Shown here piece after piece: positions 55,598 to 64,000 of a stretch of 64,000 nt of DNA (position 1 is its first letter; each line of letters opens with the position of its first letter). The stretch lies in the IMG/VR virus record IMGVR_UViG_3300028666_000031. One strand, 5' to 3'. Origin of the DNA: an uncultured virus (IMG/VR IMGVR_UViG_3300028666_000031). Taxonomy: Duplodnaviria; Heunggongvirae; Uroviricota; Caudoviricetes. The notes below the pieces were generated by a model. That model ran no database searches. It saw only the letters and a program-made list of their open reading frames with translations, and had not been told where the DNA came from. A program made the translations under genes and the position numbers.

Positions 55598-57445
55598 ATG
55601 ACACTAATCGGATATCCTTCTGCCGGTCGCGCTAGTGCGTTCCTGGCATCATCCATCTATCATCTAGTAGGCGCTGGCTTACGGATAGGCATTGCTCAAA
55701 ACTGCGATATTACCGGCAATCAAGGCATGGGGCACGGGGCACGGGTTGTCTATGATGCTCTTGGATCGTTCAGCGTAGGGACAAGCGCTGGCCGTGGTAC
55801 GTCGCGTCTGTTCAAGGTCACGCGCAAGGGCAGGGGCCAGCGCGCTCATGACGTGCGCAAGCTGATCAGCAAACGGGCAGGGGCACGGGGTGCGGTGCTC
55901 GGGGCACGGGCACGTGCAACGGGCACGGGTGACGATCAAGAGACTGTGCGTCAAGCTGAGCTTGATCAGTGGCTGGCTGGCAAGGTAGATCCGGACCATT
56001 GGCAAGCGGTTGTAGCTCGCTTTCATTCCGTCGATTGCGTTGTGATGCTTCCCCATTACGATTACAACCTAGCGTCAACCAGGGCGGCGTTGCATGCCAG
56101 CATGCAAGCCGATCAAGCAATCGGCAAAATCCTTTTACGCATCGGGGCAAGGGCAGGGGCCAAGCAAGCGCAACGGTTGTCAGAGTTGCGGGGCGTCGCT
56201 GCATCCCTCACAAGTATTCACGAGGCATCAAGCGCCGCTATCGCGGGGATATTAGAGAGCGTGCGTCGACTTGACAAAGTACCGGGCCACCTATGGCACG
56301 GGTGCGGCTTGGATCACTGCTCATGCTCCGCTTGCGCGGGTCACAATCGCCTTGTGCGTGTGCTCCGCTTGTATGCGTCAAGGGCAGCATTTAAGAGCTT
56401 AGCAACATGGGCCACCGTCGGGATTACAGGCGACAATTCAAGCGCAACGTTCGCCGGTCGTTCATTCATCGATGAGTTTACGGCTGGCATTGCCGATACA
56501 TTGGGTGCGGAGCAATGGCGCGCCACCGATCAAGTATGGTTTGAGTCACAATCGCAAGCACGGTGGCGCTTGGCACGTTGGATCTATGCAATCGGTTATC
56601 GTGACTTTTGCGCCACCTTGACGGGCAAGGGTGCTGGCATGGCGCGCAAGCAAGCGCGCTCCCGTTGTCGGGTCGTTTGCTCTGTCATCTATGGCGCAAC
56701 GATTGCCGATTCTTGCGCAAGGGCAGGGTTTGAGTCACAAGCCGCTTGGGTGCGGAGTTGCAAGGGTGCTCTACTCTTTCAATCGTTGCGTGATGCAAGG
56801 CGCGCTCAATTACTCCGCTTGCCAAGCGTTCAAGCCGCACGGGCAGCTATGCGCCAAGCCGCATTGCAAGCCGCAAGCGCGATCAAGTCTATGGGGTTGC
56901 AATCGGGGCAATGGTCCGATCCTTGCGCCACCGTTGCGCGCTCCGTCAAGCTGGCCAGTGGCGCAAGCTCCGTGCGATACGTTGCTTGCGGTTATCGGGT
57001 CACGCATCCTGCGAGCAGTCGCACTATTCAAGCGCAAGGGGCAAGGGGCACGGGCACGGGGCAAGCTGGCTTTGCTTGGTTGCAAGCTGTCAATGCACGG
57101 GAGCAAGCGATTGCTAAGGCAACCTGGTTGCGTGATCAGGCTTTGGATCTAGTCGCTGATAACCTCCGTGCATTCGACAAAGTACTTGCTGGCTTGCATT
57201 CGGAACGCTTTGGCAATCTCCGTCAAGTATTCGGCTTTGTGGATTGCAATGGCAGAGAGTCAAGCAAGCGCAATCCTCAGTCTATCACAAGGGCACGGGG
57301 CAAGGTGGCACGTAAGCCAATCCTTGCGCCGACGGTGGCTATTGATTGCGGAGCGCGATCCCTGCAATGCGCGCCTAGTGTTAGCTCGCAATCATGGGCG
57401 CAAGGTGGCGAGTCTGGCTTTGCCATAGTCAAGGCGCGCTCATAG
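55598..57445 (+). CDS. Hypothetical basic protein with AraC-like HTH motif
   Basis: 615-aa ORF followed by a terminator; GATIADSCARAGFESQAAWVRSCK; atypical composition; start uncertain. Confidence 0.5.
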   Translation: MTLIGYPSAGRASAFLASSIYHLVGAGLRIGIAQNCDITGNQGMGHGARVVYDALGSFSVGTSAGRGTSRLFKVTRKGRGQRAHDVRKLISKRAGARGAVLGARARATGTGDDQETVRQAELDQWLAGKVDPDHWQAVVARFHSVDCVVMLPHYDYNLASTRAALHASMQADQAIGKILLRIGARAGAKQAQRLSELRGVAASLTSIHEASSAAIAGILESVRRLDKVPGHLWHGCGLDHCSCSACAGHNRLVRVLRLYASRAAFKSLATWATVGITGDNSSATFAGRSFIDEFTAGIADTLGAEQWRATDQVWFESQSQARWRLARWIYAIGYRDFCATLTGKGAGMARKQARSRCRVVCSVIYGATIADSCARAGFESQAAWVRSCKGALLFQSLRDARRAQLLRLPSVQAARAAMRQAALQAASAIKSMGLQSGQWSDPCATVARSVKLASGASSVRYVACGYRVTHPASSRTIQAQGARGTGTGQAGFAWLQAVNAREQAIAKATWLRDQALDLVADNLRAFDKVLAGLHSERFGNLRQVFGFVDCNGRESSKRNPQSITRARGKVARKPILAPTVAIDCGARSLQCAPSVSSQSWAQGGESGFAIVKARS

Positions 57446-57477
57446 GGCACGGCGCAACCTAGGGCCAATCCAAGCGC

Positions 57478-57510
57478 AAACGGAGCAAAGCCTACTTTGC
57501 TCCGTTTTTC
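57478..57510 (+). terminator. Intrinsic terminator
   Basis: AAACGGAGCAAAG-CCTA-CTTTGCTCCGTTTTT. Confidence 0.8.
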
Positions 57511-57639
57511 TGTACTTTTATCGCGCTAGGATCGTCTAGGATCGATTTTTACGGGCAGGGTGCTGTCTTATCATGGGGGTATTTTCCCGCTCCGTGCGGA
57601 GCGTACAAGTCAAAAATCGTTTGCTGTTCCGTGCGTTAT

Positions 57640-57824
57640 TAATGGACTTGCGCAACGGTAGGCGTTGCCACCTTGCATCGTTTGCCGTTGCATAAGTCCA
57701 TTAGATCAGAGCAAGCGCAATGCAAGGCGCGCCAAGGTGGCGCGCTCATGCATCTAGCTTGCCCGTTGCGCGATTGCGGATCGTCTGCCGTTGCGCAAGT
57801 CCATTAGATCAGAGCAAGGCGCAA
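57640..57824. repeat. Direct and inverted repeats
   Basis: CCGTTGC(AT/GC)AAGTCCATTAGATCAGAGCAAG at 57685 and 57788; inverted TAATGGACTTGCGCAACGG at 57640-57658. Confidence 0.85.
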
Positions 57825-58209
57825 GTTGCGCGCTTGCAAGCGATTTTTTCTTTCCGCTCGCCAGTCTGGCGCGCCCGAGTCTTTCCCCACGTCCCACCTC
57901 AAAGAACGCCGGCGGCACCCTCCGCCGGTCCTCTTTGGTGTGAAACGCTTGAAATGGTTTTCAAAGTTATCACCGCCAAACTCCCTGCGGAGTCGGAAAA
58001 TCTTCCGCGCATTGCAAACCGGAAGTGGGTCGAGTCCCCTCGTGAGGACTCTAGGAATGGTCGTGCCTGAAATCAAAAAGACGCCAGCACTTATTCCGTG
58101 CAAGCCATACGCAATCGCTTTGCGGTCGATGGCCACTTGTCAGTTGAAATCCGTCCGGCCAGTGACACCTGAAAGATGGACACTTGCTAGGCCGGATTTC
58201 AGCCGATTT

Positions 58210-58416
58210 ATGAACCGATACAGTGGAGACCCGCGCTGGTTGTACGCGCGCTTCAGTTCGGAGTGTAAATGCGGACACGTCATCAAAAAGGATGAACGCA
58301 TTTACTACTACCCCAATGGAAAGACCGCTCTGTGCAAGACCTGTGGCGAGAAAGCGGCCGCGGAATTCAACGCGGCAGCTCAAGACGAAGCCATGATGGC
58401 CGGCCAGACCTGGTAA
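58210..58416 (+). CDS. Small zinc-binding hypothetical protein
   Basis: DPRWLYARFSSECKCG..IKK...YYP.....CKTC. Confidence 0.65.
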   Translation: MNRYSGDPRWLYARFSSECKCGHVIKKDERIYYYPNGKTALCKTCGEKAAAEFNAAAQDEAMMAGQTW

Positions 58417-58801
58417 ATCAAACCCACACTAAAGCACGGTGGCACGCGTGAAAGCGCGCCACCCTCTTTGTTGTGACACTTTATGAAAAAGCGCATTCAC
58501 ATCAAGTTTAGTTCAACCGTGCGTTTCCCTGTGGCCATTCGCCACTGAAACGCCCGACCGCCAGCACCATACGCCCGCGTGCAGACATCTGCACGCGGGC
58601 GGAGTTGGCCCTGGAACGGCGCTTTTTCATTACCACCAATTTCCCCCGACCGACTACGTTTCACCTGGAGCAATCCGGGACAGTCGGGGGACTCGCTCAC
58701 CGCGAAAATGAAGTTCCTACCGGCCTCGTACTGAGGCAATCGGGCGGAAAGCGTTCGCGACTGACCGCAGGGGCACGGGTTGCCCCTACCGAAGGAAACG
58801 T

Positions 58802-59776
58802 ATGAATCCAGTTATCACTCCCACGGCGCCGGCATCACCTGAAACCCCCAAGGTCGAAGTGAAGCCCGTTGTTCTCACCGAGATCACGTACAAGCAAGTG
58901 CTTGAAATGGCGCCCGAGGACAGGGAGAAGCTGATGAAAGGCTTCCACAATGCCACCTCACGCATGGTTGAGACCCGGGACGAAGTGAAAGTCGCGTCGA
59001 AACACGCGGCAATCCTTTTGGCCGGCGTTGAAGCCCACGTGAAACGGGGCATTGAAGCCCGACTCTTCCCTTCTACCTGGACCGCCTCTGACCAGTACAA
59101 ACAGGTCACTGGCGAAAAGCCGCCCGGCCATGTCTGGACGATGAAATCCTGCTTCGTGAACTATGTAGTCACGGGCTTAATTGCGGAAAGCGACTTTGTC
59201 GGTAACCGCAATAACTGCCTGGAAATTGCACAGAAAATCTGCGATGCAGTGTTCGAGAAAGACCCGGCCGCCGGCCTGACTCATGACGCGGTAAGTCGTG
59301 CTGCCAATGAGTTAAAAACCCGAAACGACAACGAAGCCAAGGTTCTGCGAGGGATCTTGGATTCGGTCAAACCCGCCAAGCTCATGACCGACAAGGAAGC
59401 GATGGAAGCCTTTGCTGAAATCGTCAATGCCGGTCACCTCGGGATCGTGCTCGTTGGCATGACGCCTGAAATCGCTCTGGTCTGTTCCGAAAGGATCATC
59501 CTCAGTGGTAACTTGCCGGTCACACTCGCACAAATGCCCGATACGCTCGTCAAGTTGGATGAGCCGATGCAGAAAGACGCTTACCTGGCGTGCTCCTGCG
59601 CCATTGAAAACGTGGAAACGGTGTTCGGCGAGAAAGCCGACAAATGGCTGAACCCGACCGCCAAGCCCCAAGCGACCAACCCCGCTCCCGCTCCCATCTC
59701 GGAAACGGGACCCTTCACGGCCGCCGCCGCGGACTTGGAACAATCCACTGAACCCGCCGAGCTGGTAACCGCCTAA
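58802..59776 (+). CDS. Hypothetical protein (early gene)
   Basis: 324 aa, SD AAGGA, followed by a terminator. Confidence 0.8.
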   Translation: MNPVITPTAPASPETPKVEVKPVVLTEITYKQVLEMAPEDREKLMKGFHNATSRMVETRDEVKVASKHAAILLAGVEAHVKRGIEARLFPSTWTASDQYKQVTGEKPPGHVWTMKSCFVNYVVTGLIAESDFVGNRNNCLEIAQKICDAVFEKDPAAGLTHDAVSRAANELKTRNDNEAKVLRGILDSVKPAKLMTDKEAMEAFAEIVNAGHLGIVLVGMTPEIALVCSERIILSGNLPVTLAQMPDTLVKLDEPMQKDAYLACSCAIENVETVFGEKADKWLNPTAKPQATNPAPAPISETGPFTAAAADLEQSTEPAELVTA

Positions 59777-59793
59777 GCCCAGCCCCGCTCTAA

Positions 59794-59829
59794 GGCCGGA
59801 ACGCATCCCCCGCGTTCCGGCCTTTTTTT
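59794..59829 (+). terminator. Intrinsic terminator
   Basis: GGCCGGAACGC...GCGTTCCGGCC-TTTTTTT. Confidence 0.85.
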
Positions 59830-60001
59830 ATGTACTAGCCAAACACGCTCAAACGTGTTTGCTGATTGTATTGTCGTTTGATTAATGAAATGAAACGGAG
59901 GACCCATGGCGACCGGGACCTAACGCGGAAAGCCCGTTGAAAAGCGGGTCATGCGGAAAACCCGATCCTTACCCGAAACCAACATCCAAAGATTCGCAAC
60001 T

Positions 60002-60032
60002 GGCGAGCGCAGAAATGCGCTCGCCTTTTTTT
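60002..60032 (+). terminator. Intrinsic terminator
   Basis: GGCGAGCGCA-GAAA-TGCGCTCGCC-TTTTTTT. Confidence 0.85.
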
Positions 60033-60307
60033 GTGTACGGGAATGACCTGCCATACCTGCTTTGCAAACAAAGGGGGTCGGTGGGTCCGCCACAGAAAGG
60101 CAAGAAACCTGGCCAGCGCGCCAGACAGGAGGGGACGCCCCTTAAACACCACCTGCGCCTTAGAGTGTCGGAATAAAATTTCCCGTACCTTTACCGCGTT
60201 CCCACCATGAAACCGGGCGGGATGATAGCCCCGGACGCCTGAAACCGACGCCAACGCGGCCACTTTCCTGATAAACACCGTAAACCGCAGAAAACAGATC
60301 CAAAACT

Positions 60308-60481
60308 ATGGCTGAGAAAACCGTAACCGTGTGCTTCTCCAAAGAGAAGGACACGAAGAACACGGTGAAGTTCGCGGAAGTACCGGAAGAGGGGAAGCCG
60401 ACGGTTATCGGTTCCCTTTACGTCCAGAAATGGTTCGTCGGTTCTGCCACGAAGATCGCCGTGAACCTGGTCGCCGAGTAA
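60308..60481 (+). CDS. Small hypothetical protein (57 aa)
   Basis: Hand-translated MAEKTVTVCFSKEKDTKNTVKFAEV...VIGSLYVQKW; followed by a terminator. Confidence 0.7.
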   Translation: MAEKTVTVCFSKEKDTKNTVKFAEVPEEGKPTVIGSLYVQKWFVGSATKIAVNLVAE

Positions 60482-60500
60482 AAGACGGCCAGTCGAACGC

Positions 60501-60547
60501 AAATGCCCTGTTCCTGACTCACCCCAGGAACGGGGCATTTTTGTTTT
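60501..60547 (+). terminator. Intrinsic terminator
   Basis: AAATGCCCTGTTCCTG...CAGGAACGGGGCATTTTTGTTTT. Confidence 0.75.
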
Positions 60548-60687
60548 CCCCGACTTTCCCAGGAAAGCCCCCGGTCTCATTCCGGCTTTTGCTCTTCCCT
60601 CAGATTAGAAAAGCGAAGCCAGAATCAGGTCTGGAAATAACATAGTCCAAGCTCCGGGCGGAGCTGAGAAAGGAAAATAGCAAATTT

Positions 60688-60936
60688 ATGATGCTCCCGA
60701 TTATCAATATCGACGGCCAACGCTTCTTCTTGGACCGACGGCTACGCGAACTCCGTAATGCAGAGAATCCCCATGAACGGATTGCTCTTACCCAGGAAGA
60801 GTGCGAGTCGCTGACAGACCAGTGTGAAATCCGTACGTTCAGGAATGAAGAGCCTTACCGTCCACATTGGCTGGTGGAAGTACTCTGCATTGCTCTGGCT
60901 GCTCTTTCCTTCTTGGCGTTCCTGATACTTTTGTAA
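60688..60936 (+). CDS. Hypothetical membrane protein
   Basis: LPIINIDGQRFFLDRRLRELRN; C-terminal TM helix. Confidence 0.65.
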   Translation: MMLPIINIDGQRFFLDRRLRELRNAENPHERIALTQEECESLTDQCEIRTFRNEEPYRPHWLVEVLCIALAALSFLAFLILL

Positions 60937-61004
60937 GCTGCGCCTTGGAGCCGCAGCTTTCTTTGCAAAGACGCTCCATTCACCACAGTCCGCGAAAGGA
61001 TTCT

Positions 61005-61340
61005 ATGAAACACAAAGCAAGCCCGGCCAGGCTCAAAGCCTATAAAGCCATCCTGGACAAGTATTACATCGACCCGAATGACACCTCCTACTCGGGAGGC
61101 GAAGATGCCGGCGAATACGTCAGGGGCGAAAAGCCCATCGAACAGTTTTGTGTCGTCACAAGAAACGGCGAGTTCCACTACGCGTACGCTGACGACGTAA
61201 CCATCGAGGGGGCCAAGGAAAAGGCCATGATGAGCATAGACGATATCGATTGGTCTGAATGCCCCATGCTCATTATTAACCTGGATACCGGGGAAAGGAT
61301 TGTGCCTGACTGGAACAGTCTTCAATGGATGCCTGAATAG
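61005..61340 (+). CDS. Hypothetical protein
   Basis: SD AAAGGA before ATG at 61005. Confidence 0.65.
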   Translation: MKHKASPARLKAYKAILDKYYIDPNDTSYSGGEDAGEYVRGEKPIEQFCVVTRNGEFHYAYADDVTIEGAKEKAMMSIDDIDWSECPMLIINLDTGERIVPDWNSLQWMPE

Positions 61341-61457
61341 GAAGGAACAATGCCTTACGCCCAGCCAAGTGGCCGGGCTTTTTTTATGTACCTGCAGCCA
61401 TCGGAAAACGCCAAATCCTTTGGGGTAATCCAAGGCACAGCTTACAGAAAGGAATTC

Positions 61458-61781
61458 ATGAAACTCAAAGCAACTGGACAGTTGCGCCATCACTTCTTTG
61501 GCGACTACAGCGCCGGCATCTGCCTGGCTTTTGAAACAGCCGATGCTGCCTTAGCCTTACCCAAGGTCACCGTAAAAGGGGTGGAATGGCGTCAATCCGA
61601 AAACAAGAGGGTCCTGGTCACCTGCGTTGATAGCCAGCACCTCGAGGTCTTAAAAGTACGCCTGGCCGAAATGGGAGCCAACCCGTCCGCTATAGACAGC
61701 ATGGATCACTCCATCGATTTCGGCGACCCGTTCAACATCGAGGTCGACGTGGAAGACCCCCGACAACTCGCACTCGTATGA
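61458..61781 (+). CDS. Hypothetical protein
   Basis: SD AAAGGA before ATG at 61458. Confidence 0.65.
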   Translation: MKLKATGQLRHHFFGDYSAGICLAFETADAALALPKVTVKGVEWRQSENKRVLVTCVDSQHLEVLKVRLAEMGANPSAIDSMDHSIDFGDPFNIEVDVEDPRQLALV

Positions 61782-62116
61782 AAACCCTCGTGACCAACAT
61801 CCGCGATGAGATCCGCGCATTCGACCACAAATGCAGCGCGGGCGAATTCACCGACACTGGTGAAGCCTGGGAACTTCTCAAATCCATTGAGAACCGATGC
61901 CAAGCCGCCTTGAAACAGACCCAATACCTCATTGTGGATATCCGGGGCGTCGAAATGACCCTGCACCGCCCGCCCGACCCAAAGTCATTTAAGGCCTTGG
62001 CCCAGGCAATCCGCGATGAACAGGACACCGGCACCGACTTCATTTTTGCGCTCAAACTGCAAGCCGGGGCCTTGAAACAAATTCCCTGTCCCGGCCTGGA
62101 TAAAGATAAACAGTAA
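61778..62116 (+). CDS. Hypothetical protein
   Basis: ATGA overlap with upstream gene. Confidence 0.6.
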   Translation: MKTLVTNIRDEIRAFDHKCSAGEFTDTGEAWELLKSIENRCQAALKQTQYLIVDIRGVEMTLHRPPDPKSFKALAQAIRDEQDTGTDFIFALKLQAGALKQIPCPGLDKDKQ

Positions 62117-62163
62117 TTCACTGAGGAGAGCGCTTTCACCCATCGCTGAAAGCGCTCCGCTCA

Positions 62164-62697
62164 ATGAAAACATTACCACCCTATAAAACAGAACAAGTGG
62201 GTTGGGCTGGGGATCTGACAGACATGATAATAGATCGTGCCGACTGTCAGATTCCAAATGACGCCCGACGCATCCCCTGGATATCCAGTTATCAGGGGGA
62301 AACCGACTACGAAGTGCGCTTTGGCCACCTGAACGGCCGCCGGATTACTTTCCGTTGGGGAAAGCTCCCATGGCGCTGGTCCTGGCTGAAACCAGACCAG
62401 AAGTATTGGAACTATGATTCCGAAGAACTGTTCCAACGTGAAGCGAACGGGGCCTGGGGTATCCTTCACTGCATGTGCTGCAACCCCGTCAATGTGGAAA
62501 CACTGGAATGCTTCCGAGAGCTTTACGTTCCCTTGGCCGTCACTGGCTACTTCGACCACACCACTAAAAACTGGGTCGTTTGTGAGCCCACCAAGAAGGA
62601 ATTGAGCACCGAGACGTGGTATCGGTCGGAAAGCTACCAGAACTTTATCACCGAGAATCCCCAGTACGCCCGGCGCGACTATGCCATGGCAGCGTGA
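62164..62697 (+). CDS. Hypothetical protein
   Basis: 177-aa ORF in operon orientation. Confidence 0.6.
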   Translation: MKTLPPYKTEQVGWAGDLTDMIIDRADCQIPNDARRIPWISSYQGETDYEVRFGHLNGRRITFRWGKLPWRWSWLKPDQKYWNYDSEELFQREANGAWGILHCMCCNPVNVETLECFRELYVPLAVTGYFDHTTKNWVVCEPTKKELSTETWYRSESYQNFITENPQYARRDYAMAA

Positions 62698-62703
62698 GGC
62701 TAT

Positions 62704-62937
62704 ATGAACAAACCACCCCTCATTGAAATCCGAGAGAGCGTAACCGAAGTCGGTTCCGCCAATCGAAAGCTGCGCACCTTTCTCCCGGTCTTCACGCCGG
62801 ATTGCTGCGCCTGTGGCACCCTGCAGTTTGCCTTGTGGCAGATGTGGGAAGACGAACCGGAAACGCATGAACCAGCGCGCCAGGCATGTCGGGAAAATGC
62901 CGTGAAGGTGATGCGCAGTTTTACAGCAAAACTATGA
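62704..62937 (+). CDS. Hypothetical protein
   Basis: SD GAGG; overlaps the next start. Confidence 0.55.
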   Translation: MNKPPLIEIRESVTEVGSANRKLRTFLPVFTPDCCACGTLQFALWQMWEDEPETHEPARQACRENAVKVMRSFTAKL

Positions 62938-63296
62938 GAACACCCACCACCTACGACCTCGTCTTCTTAGCCGATGACGAGTGGAACAATGACACCATGG
63001 AAGCAGTTGCCTTCGAGTGGTTCCAAAAGAACCCCGATTGCAACTTTGTCATGGTCTATGAACACGCCGGCTGGTACCTGACGTTCCACCGGGGCGATAT
63101 GGAAGTTGTCCATACCGCAAACGATATGGCCATCATGCGCCAGGACCGGCCACGGCCCACCGATTACTCGGGCATTGAACACCGTCGGCGCTCACCGAAA
63201 GAGGAAATCCGGATGCGGATTTTGAACGAGCACCCGGAAGGCGTTCAATCCACTGAACTCGACCGCATGGTCGATGCTGAATTACTCGCCGCCTGA
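62934..63296 (+). CDS. Hypothetical protein
   Basis: ATGA overlap; MRTPTTYDLVFLADDEW. Confidence 0.6.
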   Translation: MRTPTTYDLVFLADDEWNNDTMEAVAFEWFQKNPDCNFVMVYEHAGWYLTFHRGDMEVVHTANDMAIMRQDRPRPTDYSGIEHRRRSPKEEIRMRILNEHPEGVQSTELDRMVDAELLAA

Positions 63297-63468
63297 TAGT
63301 TCCAGTCTGGTCCGGAGGGAAACTCACCGGGCCAGCATGGAGTTATCGCCTTATGAAAATCCGCAGATTCTTTGCCTTCACAATCGGCCATACCCGCTTT
63401 GCGCTGCATTATTGCAATGGGCTCCTGGAGTTCAATGCCTTTGGGCGCATTCACTACTTTCGCGTTTT

Positions 63469-64000
63469 ATGAAAAACCAAATGGAAACCCCCAACCCTCG
63501 GAGCATCGGTCCAGCCTGTCTGGATGATGACTTCGAAATCTATAACCTGGACTCGGAATACTCCATCGAGATTGAGAAAGGCCCGCACTTCTTGATCGAG
63601 TTTCCGGTGGAAACTCGACTGCCGGCGGCGGCATTCGAGCACCCAAATGTGGCGCGCAAGGTAGCGCGGATTCTCAGCTACAAATATGACAATCCGAAGC
63701 GCTGGGTAGAGAAGGCGGGAACGTGCTTTTACTTCGCGGTCCCCCGGAGATATATCACCCTTTACCCCGTCAAGGGCTATTCCTGGCCGCATGGCGAAAT
63801 CAATGGCGCAAAAGTCCGCTTCAACTGTTCCGGAGGCACCGGAGGGAACGGATGGCGGGATTGGTTGCGCATTCGCACCTCGGTAAATACCAACTACGGC
63901 GTGAGGACATTGAGAAAGGTGGCTGAGGTCGCAGTTCGAGGCACTCCGTTTGAGCCGATTTACACACGGGAGGAACTCGAAGAGCAATTCTACCAAGAGC
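63469..64000 (+). CDS. Hypothetical protein (3' truncated)
   Basis: Hand-translated MKNQMETPNPR..., open to the window end. Confidence 0.6.
   Translation, partial: MKNQMETPNPRSIGPACLDDDFEIYNLDSEYSIEIEKGPHFLIEFPVETRLPAAAFEHPNVARKVARILSYKYDNPKRWVEKAGTCFYFAVPRRYITLYPVKGYSWPHGEINGAKVRFNCSGGTGGNGWRDWLRIRTSVNTNYGVRTLRKVAEVAVRGTPFEPIYTREELEEQFYQE

Larger units (their letters stand above)
1..64000. mobile_element. Temperate tailed phage genome segment (excised/attP form)
   Basis: Terminase motifs, capsid module, primase-helicase, tyrosine integrase with tRNA-derived att core; no bacterial housekeeping operon seen. Confidence 0.93.

Noticed and set aside
54585..57824. CRISPR array (repeats at 54.6 kb and 57.7 kb)
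   Set aside because: Repeats are too short or too few, lack regular unique spacers, and no cas genes are present
59900..60000. c-di-GMP-I riboswitch
   Set aside because: Only a GAAA-looped stem resembles it and the remaining consensus is not matched by eye; kept only as a generic structured-RNA candidate

Overview
The whole window is part of a temperate tailed bacteriophage genome. It appears to be the excised (attP) form, because a tRNA 3'-end core flanked by arm-type repeats sits beside a tyrosine integrase with phage genes on both sides. Protein style and small intergenic repeats suggest a Verrucomicrobia/PVC-type host (inference). Minus strand, 1-50.6 kb: DNA-metabolism genes (primase-helicase, HD hydrolase, ASCH, DUF5131), a 1671-aa Gly-Thr-Ser-repeat tail protein beside an Aah/TibC-like heptosyltransferase-GT4 fusion and a methyltransferase-like gene, a terminase large subunit split into two genes, then portal, protease, scaffold, capsid and tail genes and several signal-peptide-bearing fibre or adhesin-like proteins. 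Centre, 50.6-55.3 kb: attP, integrase, an excisionase-like gene, five ribbon-helix-helix regulators and an iteron-like region. Plus strand, 55.6-64 kb: small early-type genes and structured intergenic segments. Most notable: four exactly spaced promoter + hairpin + U-tract leaders, a dispersed palindrome GCAGACGTCTGC, a candidate virion-glycosylation module, and candidate structured RNAs. Capsid, portal and tail calls rest largely on synteny and size, not database searches.
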